Below, in pieces: positions 9,401 to 18,889 of a DNA stretch of 45,416 nucleotides (positions within the stretch are counted from its first letter, which is position 1; each line of letters begins with the position of its first letter). The stretch is from positions 1 to 45,416 of the forward strand of contig JAFGND010000087.1 in NCBI GenBank assembly GCA_016927185.1, read 5' to 3'. Both the position numbers and the translations under genes were made by a program. This DNA comes from Candidatus Coatesbacteria bacterium (GTDB taxonomy: Bacteria > JAFGND01). Below the pieces are notes generated by a model. That model had not been told where the DNA came from, made no database searches, and saw only the letters and a list, made by a program, of their open reading frames with translations.

Positions 9401-10804
9401 ATGTGCGGGATAATAGGGACTATTTTATCAACCAGAAATGCTGCTGAGAAAATAATGCTTGGTCTCTTTGCAGAACAGCATAGAGGTCAGGAGAGTTGCG
9501 GCATGGCTGTCAGCGATGGCAAATCTTTACAGTTAAGAAAAGAGATGGGATTAGTGAAGGAGGTTTTTCCACAAGCAATTCTGGATACTTTACCTGGTTT
9601 TGCAGGGGTTGGGCATGTGCGATACCCAACCAGGGGGAAAAATTGTGAAAGCAATAGCCAGCCACATTTGATTAAGTTGCTTTCTGGTCCATCATTCGCA
9701 GTTGCTTCTAATGGTGATATTGTTAATTACAAAAGCAGGAGAAAACTTCTTGAAGATGACAATGTTTTTTTTGAATCAGATAATGATGGAGAATTGTTAG
9801 CCAAGTTTATTGCTTATTATATAGTCAGAAGGAATAATTCCCCGGAGATAGCAATAGCAGAGCTTATCAGGAATGTAAGGGGAGCTTTTTCAACTGTTTT
9901 TCTTACAAGAGATCAGCTTTATGCCTTCAGGGATCCCTGGGGGATAAGACCAGTTTCCTTTGGGAGGATAAATGGCAAAGGCTGGGTTGTTGCTTCAGAA
10001 AGTTGCTCGCTTGACATTCTTGGTGCGAAATCACAAAGAGAAATTGAACCAGGAGAGATTGTCATTTTTGAATCTTATAACAAATGCAAGACAATAAGAT
10101 ATACTGATTTTGGGGAGGCAGTAGAACCTCAATCAAGAAGGCATTGTATATTTGAGCTTATATATTTTGCACGCCCAGACAGTTATGAATTCGGGGAATA
10201 TGTATGGAATGTACAAAAGCAGATAGGAAGCTCATTAGCCAAAGATGATAAGGAAATCAATCCTGATCTTGTTATAAGCATTCCTGATTCCAGTAATTTC
10301 ATGGCATTGGGATATGCAGACTTCAAGAAAATTGGTTTTGATATTGGTCTTCTGAGGAATCATTATGTAGGAAGAACTTTCCTCAAACCTGAACAAAGAA
10401 TAAGAGATGAAGCAGTCAGGCAGAAATTCAATCCTCTCAAGGGTTATTTCAAGGGGAAAAAGATTGTTGTAGTAGATGATAGCATTGTAAGAGGGACAAC
10501 TGTCAGGAAAATTGTAAGAGCTATTAAAAAAACTGGGGCTAAGGAGATTCATTTAAGAATTGGAAGTCCACCTGTGAAATTTCCTTGCTATTATGGAATA
10601 GATACGCCAACTAGAGAGGAACTTGTTGCTAACCAGAAAAATCTTGAAGAGTTGAGGGAATTCATAGGTGCAAATTCATTGAAATATCTAAGCATGGAAA
10701 ACCTGAAAAGTTGTGTAAAACATCCTGAGAATTTCTGTCAGGCTTGTTTCAATGGAGATTATATACTGGAGCCTGAAGCTGGTTTTTCAAAATGCAACAA
10801 GTGA
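9401..10804 (+). CDS. purF: Amidophosphoribosyltransferase
   Basis: True start MCGIIG at 9401 (Ntn Cys); QHRGQE, GHVRYPT, CIFELIYFARPDS, VVVDDSIVRGTT, PCYYGID, C-terminal CQACF. Confidence 0.97.
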   Translation: MCGIIGTILSTRNAAEKIMLGLFAEQHRGQESCGMAVSDGKSLQLRKEMGLVKEVFPQAILDTLPGFAGVGHVRYPTRGKNCESNSQPHLIKLLSGPSFAVASNGDIVNYKSRRKLLEDDNVFFESDNDGELLAKFIAYYIVRRNNSPEIAIAELIRNVRGAFSTVFLTRDQLYAFRDPWGIRPVSFGRINGKGWVVASESCSLDILGAKSQREIEPGEIVIFESYNKCKTIRYTDFGEAVEPQSRRHCIFELIYFARPDSYEFGEYVWNVQKQIGSSLAKDDKEINPDLVISIPDSSNFMALGYADFKKIGFDIGLLRNHYVGRTFLKPEQRIRDEAVRQKFNPLKGYFKGKKIVVVDDSIVRGTTVRKIVRAIKKTGAKEIHLRIGSPPVKFPCYYGIDTPTREELVANQKNLEELREFIGANSLKYLSMENLKSCVKHPENFCQACFNGDYILEPEAGFSKCNK

Positions 10805-11730
10805 TAATTCAATCCTGCCTGAAAGTGATATAATCTGGCTTCAGATCTTCCAGATACAGGATAATTAGCTGATATAACAAGATAGAGAGTCTTGCTTAAA
10901 GGAATTGAAAAGTCAGGTTGAATTAATAGAAGAGACCTGGGAGAGTATTCATAACTTGTATCATCTTTTTTATATTTTGTTTCTGATAAATCAAATCTAC
11001 CTCCAAGAGATATTTTACAGTATGGATAAAACGCCTTGAAAGAAAGCCCTGTTGATATAAGACATTGATCCGATGGTTTTTTTATTATACTTTCATCAGC
11101 ACATTTCAGTCTATATCTGTATCCAGTCGTTAATAAATACTTGATAGTGGATATTGCCTTTCTTTCATATGAAATCCCGAAATCTATGTCCATTTGTCCA
11201 TCTGAAATATTGAACAAATCTTTCTCTATCCATTTTTTTGAAGGGATCTTGAAAATCGTGAACAGGAATAATGTCTTTCCCTCTTTCAGTATATAAAAGG
11301 AATGAAGATTAATATCTCCAAATCCCTCATATTCTCTTGATGATTCTTCTCTTATTCTCTTTAATGGATCCATTGGATCTTGTCTTATGGTTATTATATC
11401 ATCTATAGCGGAAATATATTTCACTTTTAGACCAGCTATTATTTTTTTGCCTATTCTGTAATTCCCTTCTACTTTCCAGCAGTTTAAGTCTCTTTTTGTC
11501 GCCCGGGTTCTTATTGTATCAAGGTCATTAGCAACAATTCTCTCTGCCACATAATCATTGATTGTCCCGTTTTCACTGAAACTGTTATTTGAGAATTCCT
11601 TAATGAACAAGAAGTTCAATGAAGCATTCTGTTTTTTCTCGACAAAAGGTAAATCAACGAATTGTGGGGCTTCTTCAGAATGAAGAATAGAAAAAAGAAG
11701 CATAAAATAAACAAAAAATCTTTTCATCAA
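10759..11730 (-). CDS. Probable outer-membrane beta-barrel protein
   Basis: Signal peptide, amphipathic beta strands, GFGDI motif, FQAGLNY near the C-terminus; overlaps the purF 3' end by 46 nt. Confidence 0.6.
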   Translation of the reverse strand: MMKRFFVYFMLLFSILHSEEAPQFVDLPFVEKKQNASLNFLFIKEFSNNSFSENGTINDYVAERIVANDLDTIRTRATKRDLNCWKVEGNYRIGKKIIAGLKVKYISAIDDIITIRQDPMDPLKRIREESSREYEGFGDINLHSFYILKEGKTLFLFTIFKIPSKKWIEKDLFNISDGQMDIDFGISYERKAISTIKYLLTTGYRYRLKCADESIIKKPSDQCLISTGLSFKAFYPYCKISLGGRFDLSETKYKKDDTSYEYSPRSLLLIQPDFSIPLSKTLYLVISANYPVSGRSEARLYHFQAGLNYHLLHFEKPASGSSI

Positions 11731-11776
11731 TTATGATTATTCAAGCCTGATTTTGTATTAAATGATATTAGTCAAT

Positions 11777-11807
11777 AAAAAACCCGATACTATATAAGTA
11801 TCGGGTT
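11777..11807 (-). terminator. Intrinsic terminator after the Spy/CpxP-like gene
   Basis: Perfect 11-bp stem aacccgatact/agtatcgggtt, 5-nt loop, T-run on the minus strand. Confidence 0.8.
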
Positions 11808-11839
11808 ATGGGAGAGAAGTATGAGGTAAGGAGAGGGAG

Positions 11840-12274
11840 TTATTTATTTCTGTATTTATGCTTGTTTTTTCCTTTCATATTAATTCTGGATTTCTTTATT
11901 TTTTCCAGCTGTTCTTTTGTTAGTATTTTTTCATATATTTCTTTGTAAAAAGACTTTTTAAGTTCCCTGTGCTTCTTGCTGGTTTCATCAATTTCCTTCA
12001 GATATTGAGCAATCTTGTTATAGTCAGGGTCTTTTCTGGTTTTCTCAAGCATCATCTTGAAATTCAAATCCATTCTTTGCTTCTTTAACTGAAATTCCTG
12101 CTCTATGAATTTCATATGTTGCTCATGAATTTTTATTTTCTGTTCTTCAGAGATGTTCTCTATCTTGAAAAAGAATTTCATTATTCCCTTCTCTTCATGA
12201 GCATTGCATTTCCTGAATGCAGAAAGTGATGAAAATGTCAGGATAAACATGGTTAACAATGCTATTTTTTTCAT
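11840..12274 (-). CDS. Periplasmic helical protein, Spy/CpxP or heavy-metal sensor-like
   Basis: Likely start MKKIALL at 12274 after GGTGG; signal peptide; ISEEQKIKI and ILTKEQ (LTxxQ-type) motifs; PD..KI. Confidence 0.7.
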   Translation of the reverse strand: MKKIALLTMFILTFSSLSAFRKCNAHEEKGIMKFFFKIENISEEQKIKIHEQHMKFIEQEFQLKKQRMDLNFKMMLEKTRKDPDYNKIAQYLKEIDETSKKHRELKKSFYKEIYEKILTKEQLEKIKKSRINMKGKNKHKYRNK

Positions 12275-12386
12275 TATATGCCACCTTTTCTCTTTTCCAT
12301 TTATAATATAACTATTTTTTTTCATTTGTCAAGTAACTTTAATAAATCTCTTGACCGAGTTTGAGATATTTAAAATTGGTGTTTGT

Positions 12387-12959
12387 ATGCATGCAATAGA
12401 TGAACAAATTGAGGCACTTGATAATCTTGTAAAAGAATTGCATTCTTCTATTCCTGAGATTGAAAAGGCTTCCATCATAATTAAAAACTGCCTTGAAAAC
12501 AATGGAAAGATTCTCATTGCAGGCAATGGAGGAAGCTCTTCAGATGCAATGCATTTCGCAGCAGAATTGGTAGGGAACTTCATTAATAAGGAAAGGAAAG
12601 CCTTGCCAGCTATTGCATTAAGCAGCAATCAATCGACTTTGACAAGTATTTCCAATGATTCAGGTTTTGAAAATGTTTTCAAGAGACAGATGGAAGCACT
12701 TGCATCAGAAAATGATGTTTTCATAGGCATTTCCACAAGTGGTAAAAGCCTTAATATTGTTAAAGCACTTCAATATGCAAGAAACAATGGATTAAAGACA
12801 ATTGGATTATGTGGAGGCTACAAAGATGAGATGCTTGGATATTGTGATGTTTTATTATCTGTGAATTCGGAATGCACTCCAAGGATTCAGGAATGCCATA
12901 TATTAATAATCCATATATTGTGCTCGTTGATAGAGGATATATTCATTAAGGAGAAGTAG
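12387..12959 (+). CDS. gmhA: D-sedoheptulose 7-phosphate isomerase
   Basis: GNGGSSSDAMHFAAEL, SND.GF..VF.RQ, ISTSGKS, TPRIQECH; start uncertain (12351 TTG or 12387 ATG). Confidence 0.93.
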   Translation: MHAIDEQIEALDNLVKELHSSIPEIEKASIIIKNCLENNGKILIAGNGGSSSDAMHFAAELVGNFINKERKALPAIALSSNQSTLTSISNDSGFENVFKRQMEALASENDVFIGISTSGKSLNIVKALQYARNNGLKTIGLCGGYKDEMLGYCDVLLSVNSECTPRIQECHILIIHILCSLIEDIFIKEK

Positions 12960-12961
12960 AC

Positions 12962-13906
12962 TTGAAAATCCTGGTAACTGGCGGAGCAGGTTTTATTGGT
13001 TCTCACATTGCAGACATATATATAAATGCTGGATACGAAGTTGTGATAGTAGATAACCTGTCTACAGGCAATAAAAGGAATATCCCGGAAAAATCTGAAT
13101 TCTACGAAGGGGATATAAATGACAGAGAATTCATAGATAAGATAATAAAAAAACATGATATCAAGATTATAAATCATCATGCGGCACAGATAGATGTCCG
13201 TATATCAGTTGCTGACCCCGTATATGATGCTACGCAGAACATTATAGGAAGTCTTAACTTGATTTCTGCTGGTATAGAGAATGGACTTGAGAAATTCATA
13301 TTTGCCTCAACTGGAGGTGCGATATATGGAGAACCAGTTCCCTTACCAACAAATGAAGAAACTCAAGCTAATCCTCTTTCACCTTATGGTGTTGCTAAAA
13401 AGAGTATAGAACTTTATCTATCTGCCCTTTCAAGAATTCATGATTTCATATATGTTTCTCTGAGATATGGGAACGTATATGGTCCCAGGCAAAATGCTCA
13501 TGGAGAAGCAGGTGTTATTGCGATTTTTTCAGAAAGAATGCTGAAAGGAGAGAAAACAACAATATTCGGAGATGGAAATAATACAAGAGACTATGTATAT
13601 TGTATTGATGTTGCAAGAGCAAATCTGCTTGCTTTGAATTGCCATATAAGTGATTATTTCAATATTGGAACGTCAGTAGAAACCAATGTTAATGAAATAT
13701 ATGCTGATCTCAAGAAATTGACTTCTTATGAATTGGCTGTAAATTATGGAGAAGCAAGATCCGGGGAACAGAAAAGAAGTTGCCTGGAGTGGTGGAAAGC
13801 AAAAGAGATACTTGGATGGTATCCCAAATATAATCTTGAAGATGGATTATCAGAGACAGTAGAATATTTCAGGGGAGAAACAAATAATGGAATGCAAATC
13901 AAATAA
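12962..13906 (+). CDS. NAD-dependent epimerase/dehydratase (UDP-glucose 4-epimerase-like)
   Basis: [32 protein letters not shown] (YxxxK), [10 protein letters not shown]. Confidence 0.92.
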   Translation: MKILVTGGAGFIGSHIADIYINAGYEVVIVDNLSTGNKRNIPEKSEFYEGDINDREFIDKIIKKHDIKIINHHAAQIDVRISVADPVYDATQNIIGSLNLISAGIENGLEKFIFASTGGAIYGEPVPLPTNEETQANPLSPYGVAKKSIELYLSALSRIHDFIYVSLRYGNVYGPRQNAHGEAGVIAIFSERMLKGEKTTIFGDGNNTRDYVYCIDVARANLLALNCHISDYFNIGTSVETNVNEIYADLKKLTSYELAVNYGEARSGEQKRSCLEWWKAKEILGWYPKYNLEDGLSETVEYFRGETNNGMQIK

Positions 13907-14078
13907 AAACGATTGTCCATGCACATATGTTTCTTGCAGCAAGCATGGAATTTGTTGTGAATGTATTAGAAGCCATAGAATGAATGATGAACTTCCGGCA
14001 TGTTATTTCAGCAAGGAGGAAGAATTGACTTATGATAGATCAATATCTTACTTCATAAATCAAAGGAGAAAGAAATGA
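13887..14078 (+). CDS. Small Cys/His-rich protein (resembles DUF6485 family)
   Basis: [21 protein letters not shown]...LPACYF; GGGGAG RBS; overlaps both neighbours in operon fashion. Confidence 0.75.
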   Translation: MECKSNKNDCPCTYVSCSKHGICCECIRSHRMNDELPACYFSKEEELTYDRSISYFINQRRKK

Positions 14079-14902
14079 GATATTTTATTACCATTGTATT
14101 TTTGTTTACTTCTCTACATGCAATGTTTGAGGATTATGCTAAAGGACCTAAAGGTTTAGGTCTTGGAGATGCTTTTTATACAATGGCAAATGATCCTACT
14201 GCTATATTCTACAATCCTGCAGGGCTTGCTGATCTTGAAAAGTTTAATGCTCAGGCAGGATTTGGAAACAAGTATCAACACCAGGATTTAAATGAATTGT
14301 TTCTGGCAGCAACTTATAACTTCAATAAACTGGGAACAGCAGGTATTGGTTTAAGTCAGATAGGTCCATCTTTCATGCAGGAAAGACAGGTTATTATTGC
14401 TCATGGTATTGAAATTGCACCTTATCTCAAGGCAGGTTATTCACTTCAAATGTATCAGATTACACAGGATGACGGAAGCAAGAAGGAATCTGCTACTGCA
14501 TTTGGGGGAAATCTTGGAATTCTGAGCAGGATTTATGAGAGATGGCAATTTGGATTCTCTCTTCATAATATTTCCGAACCTGAAATAGGGCAGGAAGGAG
14601 AGAAGATACCTCAATCATTAGCTGCTGGTGTAAGTTACTTCTTTGCTTCCAATATCTGTACAAACATCAATTTAAGAGCGGAAGGAGACAAACCAGTTTC
14701 TATTCTGGCAGGCCAGGAATTCGGAATAAATGAGTATTTTTCTTTGAGAGCAGGGCTTGGAACAGAACCAAGGCATATTTCTGGTGGTCTTTCTCTGAAA
14801 TATAAATATGTTGATATTATATATGGAGCTAATTATATAGAGAATCTTCCACTTTCCCACAATGTCAGTTTGAATTTTTCAATTCCCCAGCTAACGAGAT
14901 GA
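14075..14902 (+). CDS. PorV/PorQ-like outer-membrane beta-barrel
   Basis: Signal peptide; [22 protein letters not shown] plug motif; LRAG; terminal beta strands. Confidence 0.75.
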   Translation: MRYFITIVFLFTSLHAMFEDYAKGPKGLGLGDAFYTMANDPTAIFYNPAGLADLEKFNAQAGFGNKYQHQDLNELFLAATYNFNKLGTAGIGLSQIGPSFMQERQVIIAHGIEIAPYLKAGYSLQMYQITQDDGSKKESATAFGGNLGILSRIYERWQFGFSLHNISEPEIGQEGEKIPQSLAAGVSYFFASNICTNINLRAEGDKPVSILAGQEFGINEYFSLRAGLGTEPRHISGGLSLKYKYVDIIYGANYIENLPLSHNVSLNFSIPQLTR

Positions 14903-14905
14903 TTT

Positions 14906-15136
14906 ATGCTTGATAAGAAAAGAATAAATGAAATAAACAGTAAAGCAAGAGATGATATTACAAGACTTGCAGGAGAAGGATTGTGGGTAGAAGCAGCATT
15001 AAGTGCCATTGATGTTATTAATGATCTTTATGGAAATTTAGATGAAGAAAGGAAAATCTATACAGCAAGGAAATATGTGGAAGAACTTAGATGTCTTTCA
15101 TGTGATTTGAAAAGATCAGATCCTGCAAAACAATAG
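14906..15136 (+). CDS. Hypothetical protein
   Basis: 76-aa ORF starting 3 nt after the preceding stop; plausible composition. Confidence 0.6.
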   Translation: MLDKKRINEINSKARDDITRLAGEGLWVEAALSAIDVINDLYGNLDEERKIYTARKYVEELRCLSCDLKRSDPAKQ

Positions 15137-15138
15137 CT

Positions 15139-15312
15139 TTATTTGTCAGCCTTTTTTTCTATTTCGATTAAATCTTTCGGTTTCTCATTAGAATTTTCTT
15201 CTTGTGTCATGACTGCTTGAGAAATGAAAAGTATTCCAAGCACTATCAGCGAAATCAAAATCAAGATTATTGACATTTTCTGTGATCTTGCAGGTCTTCT
15301 TTGAACAGGCAT
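15139..15312 (-). CDS. Small single-pass membrane protein (57 aa), not in the ORF track
   Basis: MPVQRRPARSQKMSIILILISLIVLGILFISQAVMTQEENSNEKPKDLIEIEKKADK; basic N-terminus, TM helix, charged tail; fills the gap between neighbours. Confidence 0.6.
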   Translation of the reverse strand: MPVQRRPARSQKMSIILILISLIVLGILFISQAVMTQEENSNEKPKDLIEIEKKADK

Positions 15313-15324
15313 ACTTTATTTCAG

Positions 15325-15987
15325 CTATTCCTTTGCACCAGCTTCTTTAAGCAAATCTACAATTTCCTTTCTGCCCTGTAATTCAGCCCATTTCAGTGCA
15401 GTCCAGCCATCTTTAGTTTTTATAGTTACATCTGCTTTTTTTGAAAGTAAAAGCTTGGTTATATCTATATCTCCTTTCAATACTGCATAGAAAAGTGAAG
15501 TTCTTCCCCAGTCGGTTTTTGCATTGATGTCAGCCCCTTTTTCTATAAGAAGCTTGATTATTTCATTGTTGCCTTTCCTGACTGCCTTCATAAGAGCAGT
15601 ATCTCCGACATTCCCTTTTGCATTTACATCTGCACCTTTCTCTATAAAAAACTTCACTAATGACAAATTTCCCATCCATGCAGCTTCCATTAATGCAGTC
15701 CTTGCCTTATTGTTTTTTGCATTAACATCTGCACCTTTCTCTATAAGTACTTTTACTGCTTCTTCCTGTTCTGACATTGTGGCAATCATTAATGCAGTAT
15801 CTCCATCACTATTCAATGCATTCGCACTAATTCCTTCATCTATCATTGCCTTTATTTTTACAATAACTCCTTCTTCGCATGAGCGAAAGAAATCCTTCAT
15901 TTTCTGGCTGTCATCTTCTGCATAAGTTGTTGAGTATAAAAGAAATATCGCCAAGATGACAATTCGTGAATATATAACCTTATTCAT
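15325..15987 (-). CDS. Secreted ankyrin-repeat protein
   Basis: Signal peptide; about five G.TALM.A...G....V..LIEKGADVNAK repeats; AAGGAGG RBS. Confidence 0.95.
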   Translation of the reverse strand: MNKVIYSRIVILAIFLLYSTTYAEDDSQKMKDFFRSCEEGVIVKIKAMIDEGISANALNSDGDTALMIATMSEQEEAVKVLIEKGADVNAKNNKARTALMEAAWMGNLSLVKFFIEKGADVNAKGNVGDTALMKAVRKGNNEIIKLLIEKGADINAKTDWGRTSLFYAVLKGDIDITKLLLSKKADVTIKTKDGWTALKWAELQGRKEIVDLLKEAGAKE

Positions 15988-16102
15988 AATGCCTCCTTAT
16001 TCCTGAATTAATATAAAAGATAAGCATTTGAAGTCAAGAGATTTGTAGTTTATAATCAATAAACTGCTTGCTCAAGAAGGACAAGAAAGAAAACAAAGCA
16101 GC

Positions 16103-16900
16103 ATGAATAAATCAAGAATAAAAATGATTGCAACTGACTATGATCATACTTTGACTAATGAAGATAGAACTGTCCCTGAAGAAGTAGTAAAGGTGTTAGG
16201 TCAGTTTGTGCAGAAAGGTGGAATCCTGCTTATAGCTTCAGGAAGAGCACCAAATTCTCTTCAGCAGGCAGTTAACAAGCTTCCTTTTCAAATGTGGATT
16301 TCTCCATCCAATGGTTCCATATTGAGAAAAAAGGATGGGACTGGAATTCTTATCAATGAATATCTCGATATCAGTATTGTTCACAAGGCAATGGAGATAG
16401 TAGGGAATCTTGGCTTTCCTCACTTGTTTTATGATGATGAAGCTTACAGCGTGCTAGAAAGCCCTGAAACCAGGATGTATGCAACTGCTCTAGGGATAGA
16501 GATCAATCAAGTGGACAATATCAGTAATTATGTAAAAGAGGGTTTAAGGAGTCTCATTTTCAGATGCAGTGAAGATATAACTCATCATGTTCATGCATTG
16601 TTGAACAACGAAATATCTGAAAAAGCACAGATAACAACATCTCATGCAAAACTGGTTGATGTAATACCATTACACGCCGGAAAAGGGAGAGCAGTAAAGA
16701 CATTGCTCGATTATCTGGATATTGGAAATGAAGATTGTCTCGGGATGGGTGATTCATTGAATGATTTACCTCTTCTTAATTCAACAGGAAAGAAAGCAAC
16801 TGTTTCAAATGGAGTTTACGAGTTACGGGAAATCGCTGATTTCATAGCAAATGAACCAAAAGGTGCTGGAGCACTCGAAATTCTTAATCATTTTCTATAA
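16103..16900 (+). CDS. Cof-type HAD-IIB hydrolase
   Basis: DYDHTL, ASGR, SNGS, GKG.A, GDSLND motifs. Confidence 0.9.
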   Translation: MNKSRIKMIATDYDHTLTNEDRTVPEEVVKVLGQFVQKGGILLIASGRAPNSLQQAVNKLPFQMWISPSNGSILRKKDGTGILINEYLDISIVHKAMEIVGNLGFPHLFYDDEAYSVLESPETRMYATALGIEINQVDNISNYVKEGLRSLIFRCSEDITHHVHALLNNEISEKAQITTSHAKLVDVIPLHAGKGRAVKTLLDYLDIGNEDCLGMGDSLNDLPLLNSTGKKATVSNGVYELREIADFIANEPKGAGALEILNHFL

Positions 16901-16910
16901 GAATAAAGAG

Positions 16911-16937
16911 AGGGATTTTCTTTAAAATCTCGTTTAA
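16911..16937 (+). promoter_or_regulatory. Putative ECF sigma promoter, copy 1 (AGGGWTTTT-N11-CGTTTAA)
   Basis: agggattttctttaaaatctcgtttaa upstream of the Cys-rich gene; same motif and spacing at 17924-17950. Confidence 0.65.
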
Positions 16938-16972
16938 CTAAGAAAATGATGATTCAAGATAAGGAGGTTTTA

Positions 16973-17308
16973 ATGAAACGCGTAATAGTATTATCATCAA
17001 TAATTGCATTTATGTTGAGTACAGTATTTCTTTATGGAGACCTTAGTCAATCGGTTGTGGATGAAATTGCAAAGGCAACTGGCAAGAAGATCGATTCAAA
17101 AGCAACATGCAACTGTCAGGGAGACTGTAAATGTGAAAACTGCAAGGGTAATTGTGGTGATGGGAAATCCTGCTCATGCAAGCAGAATTCAAAATGTACA
17201 TGTACCAACTGTGCTCAAGGAAAGTGTTCTCCTGATTGCAAATGCAAGTGCAAGGATGGAAAGAGTAACATGGGAAAGTGCAAAAAGAATGGTCAATGCT
17301 CTAAATAA
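16973..17308 (+). CDS. Secreted cysteine-rich metallothionein-like protein
   Basis: AAGGAGG RBS before ATG 16973; signal peptide MKRVIVLSSIIAFMLSTVFLYG; 17 Cys in the last 66 aa with many CxC motifs. Confidence 0.8.
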   Translation: MKRVIVLSSIIAFMLSTVFLYGDLSQSVVDEIAKATGKKIDSKATCNCQGDCKCENCKGNCGDGKSCSCKQNSKCTCTNCAQGKCSPDCKCKCKDGKSNMGKCKKNGQCSK

Positions 17309-17332
17309 TTCATGTCATTATTAAATATCAAA

Positions 17333-17366
17333 ACCCGATGCTGAATACTAGTATCGGGTATTTTTT
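17333..17366 (+). terminator. Intrinsic terminator between the Cys-rich gene and the ECF sigma gene
   Basis: acccgatgct/agtatcgggt stem (one G-U pair) followed by a T-run. Confidence 0.7.
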
Positions 17367-17921
17367 ATGAAAAATAAAGATTATAAGAAATCAAGTTCCG
17401 AAGAATTGATGCTGATAATAGCAGATGGAGATCATAAGGCATTCGAAGAGCTCTTGTTGCGCCATCAAAAGAAAGCCTGGTGTATTGCATACAAGATGCT
17501 TAATAATAATGAGGATGCTGAAGATGCAGTACAGGAATCCTTCATTAAGTTGTATCAGAATGCAGAAAGATACAGAACAAGAGCTAAATTTTCAACCTTC
17601 TTTTACAGAATAATTATTAATGTATGCATAGACCATTTGAGAAAATCAAAAGCAAGTAAGGATCAGCAGATAACAGATGATGTTCCAGTAATGGACGGCA
17701 GCATTAAGGAATTGCTTGATGGTGAAAGGAAAGAATTTATTCAGAAAGCGATTGATAGCCTTCCTGAAAACCAGAAGGTTGCAATTATCATGAAACATTA
17801 TGAGGGAATGCAATACAAGGAAATAGCAGACGTTCTTGATACAACTCCTAAAGCAATTGAATCCTTGATTGCAAGAGCTAGAAAAACCTTATCTAAAATT
17901 CTTTCAAGCTTAAAAGAATAG
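17367..17921 (+). CDS. ECF RNA polymerase sigma factor
   Basis: Region 2 DAEDAVQESFIKLY...FSTFFYRIIINVCIDHLRK; region 4 LPENQK...YKEIADVL. Confidence 0.95.
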   Translation: MKNKDYKKSSSEELMLIIADGDHKAFEELLLRHQKKAWCIAYKMLNNNEDAEDAVQESFIKLYQNAERYRTRAKFSTFFYRIIINVCIDHLRKSKASKDQQITDDVPVMDGSIKELLDGERKEFIQKAIDSLPENQKVAIIMKHYEGMQYKEIADVLDTTPKAIESLIARARKTLSKILSSLKE

Positions 17922-17923
17922 AA

Positions 17924-17950
17924 AGGGTTTTTTTCTTGTTTTACGTTTAA
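17924..17950 (+). promoter_or_regulatory. Putative ECF sigma promoter, copy 2
   Basis: agggtttttttcttgttttacgtttaa between the sigma and anti-sigma genes. Confidence 0.65.
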
Positions 17951-17967
17951 GGAGTTAGGAGAATGAA

Positions 17968-18408
17968 ATGAATCACAATGAATACAAAGATGAACTAAGC
18001 AGGTATTTTGACAATGAGCTGAGTTCAGATGAAAAGGATTTGATGGAAAAGCATATCGTAAAATGCGATATCTGCAGATCCGATTTGGATAAATTCAATG
18101 AGATAGGTTTATTCATAAATGATCTTGAAGTTCCAGAAATACCTTCCAGCCTTACTGAAGATATATTATCAAAAACAAGGTTCATGAATATGAAGAGAAG
18201 AAGAGCATATTTCTCAATAGCTGCAGCTGCAATGTTATTTGGAATTATTTCTGGACTTATACTTGGTTTCAATATCATAGAGAAGAATTCGTCGCCACAT
18301 ATGGCAATCAAGAATCTGGAGGCTGATTTATCAGTTGATAGTTTCTCCTTATCCCCCAAGACATCTATTACCTACTCATACAATGAATTATCAGGCAAGG
18401 GTGATTAA
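17968..18408 (+). CDS. Zinc-binding anti-sigma factor (ZAS, zf-HC2) with one TM helix
   Basis: LSRYFDNEL...HIVKCDIC (HxxxCxxC), TM segment, directly downstream of the sigma gene. Confidence 0.9.
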   Translation: MNHNEYKDELSRYFDNELSSDEKDLMEKHIVKCDICRSDLDKFNEIGLFINDLEVPEIPSSLTEDILSKTRFMNMKRRRAYFSIAAAAMLFGIISGLILGFNIIEKNSSPHMAIKNLEADLSVDSFSLSPKTSITYSYNELSGKGD

Positions 18409-18409
18409 A

Positions 18410-18889
18410 GTGAAAAGAATAAAAACTGCCTTGATTTGTCTTTCCATAGGATTGAATATAGCTTTTGCAGCAGTAGCAATATATTATTCTATAAACAGGC
18501 AGAACCCGAAAGAAAATATCTGTTGCGAATCAAATATATGCGATTTCAACTGCCCACTGCACAGAAAAATGGGTGTTTCAAAAAAGCAGTGGAATAATAT
18601 CAAACCACTATTTATGGAATATCAGAAAAGAAGGAAAGAACTGGAAGACAAGAATATTGTTGCAAGAGACAGTCTATTGATACTGCTTGAAACAAATTCT
18701 GAAGACACTGTTTCAATAAACAGGCAGATTGAAAAGGTTGCCGCAGCTCAAAGAGAATTACAGCATAGCGTGATAAATTTGCTTGTCAAAGAGAAGTCAC
18801 ATCTCTCACGAACGCAGGAGAGGATCTTGTTTCAGCTTCTGAGACAGTCAGGCATGGGAAGAAATCATTCGTGTTGTCCCTCTCCCTGA
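18410..18889 (+). CDS. Membrane-anchored periplasmic heavy-metal sensor (CnrX/Spy-like)
   Basis: Probable GTG start; LSIGLNIAF anchor, CCESNICDFNCPLH, helical body, LSRTQ, C-terminal HSCCPSP. Confidence 0.72.
   Translation: MKRIKTALICLSIGLNIAFAAVAIYYSINRQNPKENICCESNICDFNCPLHRKMGVSKKQWNNIKPLFMEYQKRRKELEDKNIVARDSLLILLETNSEDTVSINRQIEKVAAAQRELQHSVINLLVKEKSHLSRTQERILFQLLRQSGMGRNHSCCPSP

Noticed and set aside
11809-11839. Purine-rich tract ggagagaagtatgaggtaaggagagggag
   Set aside because: Short 3' UTR between a stop codon and terminator; no repeat or structure I can support
15400-15830. About 99-nt periodic nucleotide repeats
   Set aside because: Explained by ankyrin repeats, not a CRISPR array; the antisense ORF 15524-15925 is a shadow
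17034-17324. 96-aa alternative-frame ORF over the Cys-rich gene
   Set aside because: No RBS or recognisable features; the Cys-rich frame has a strong RBS and signal peptide
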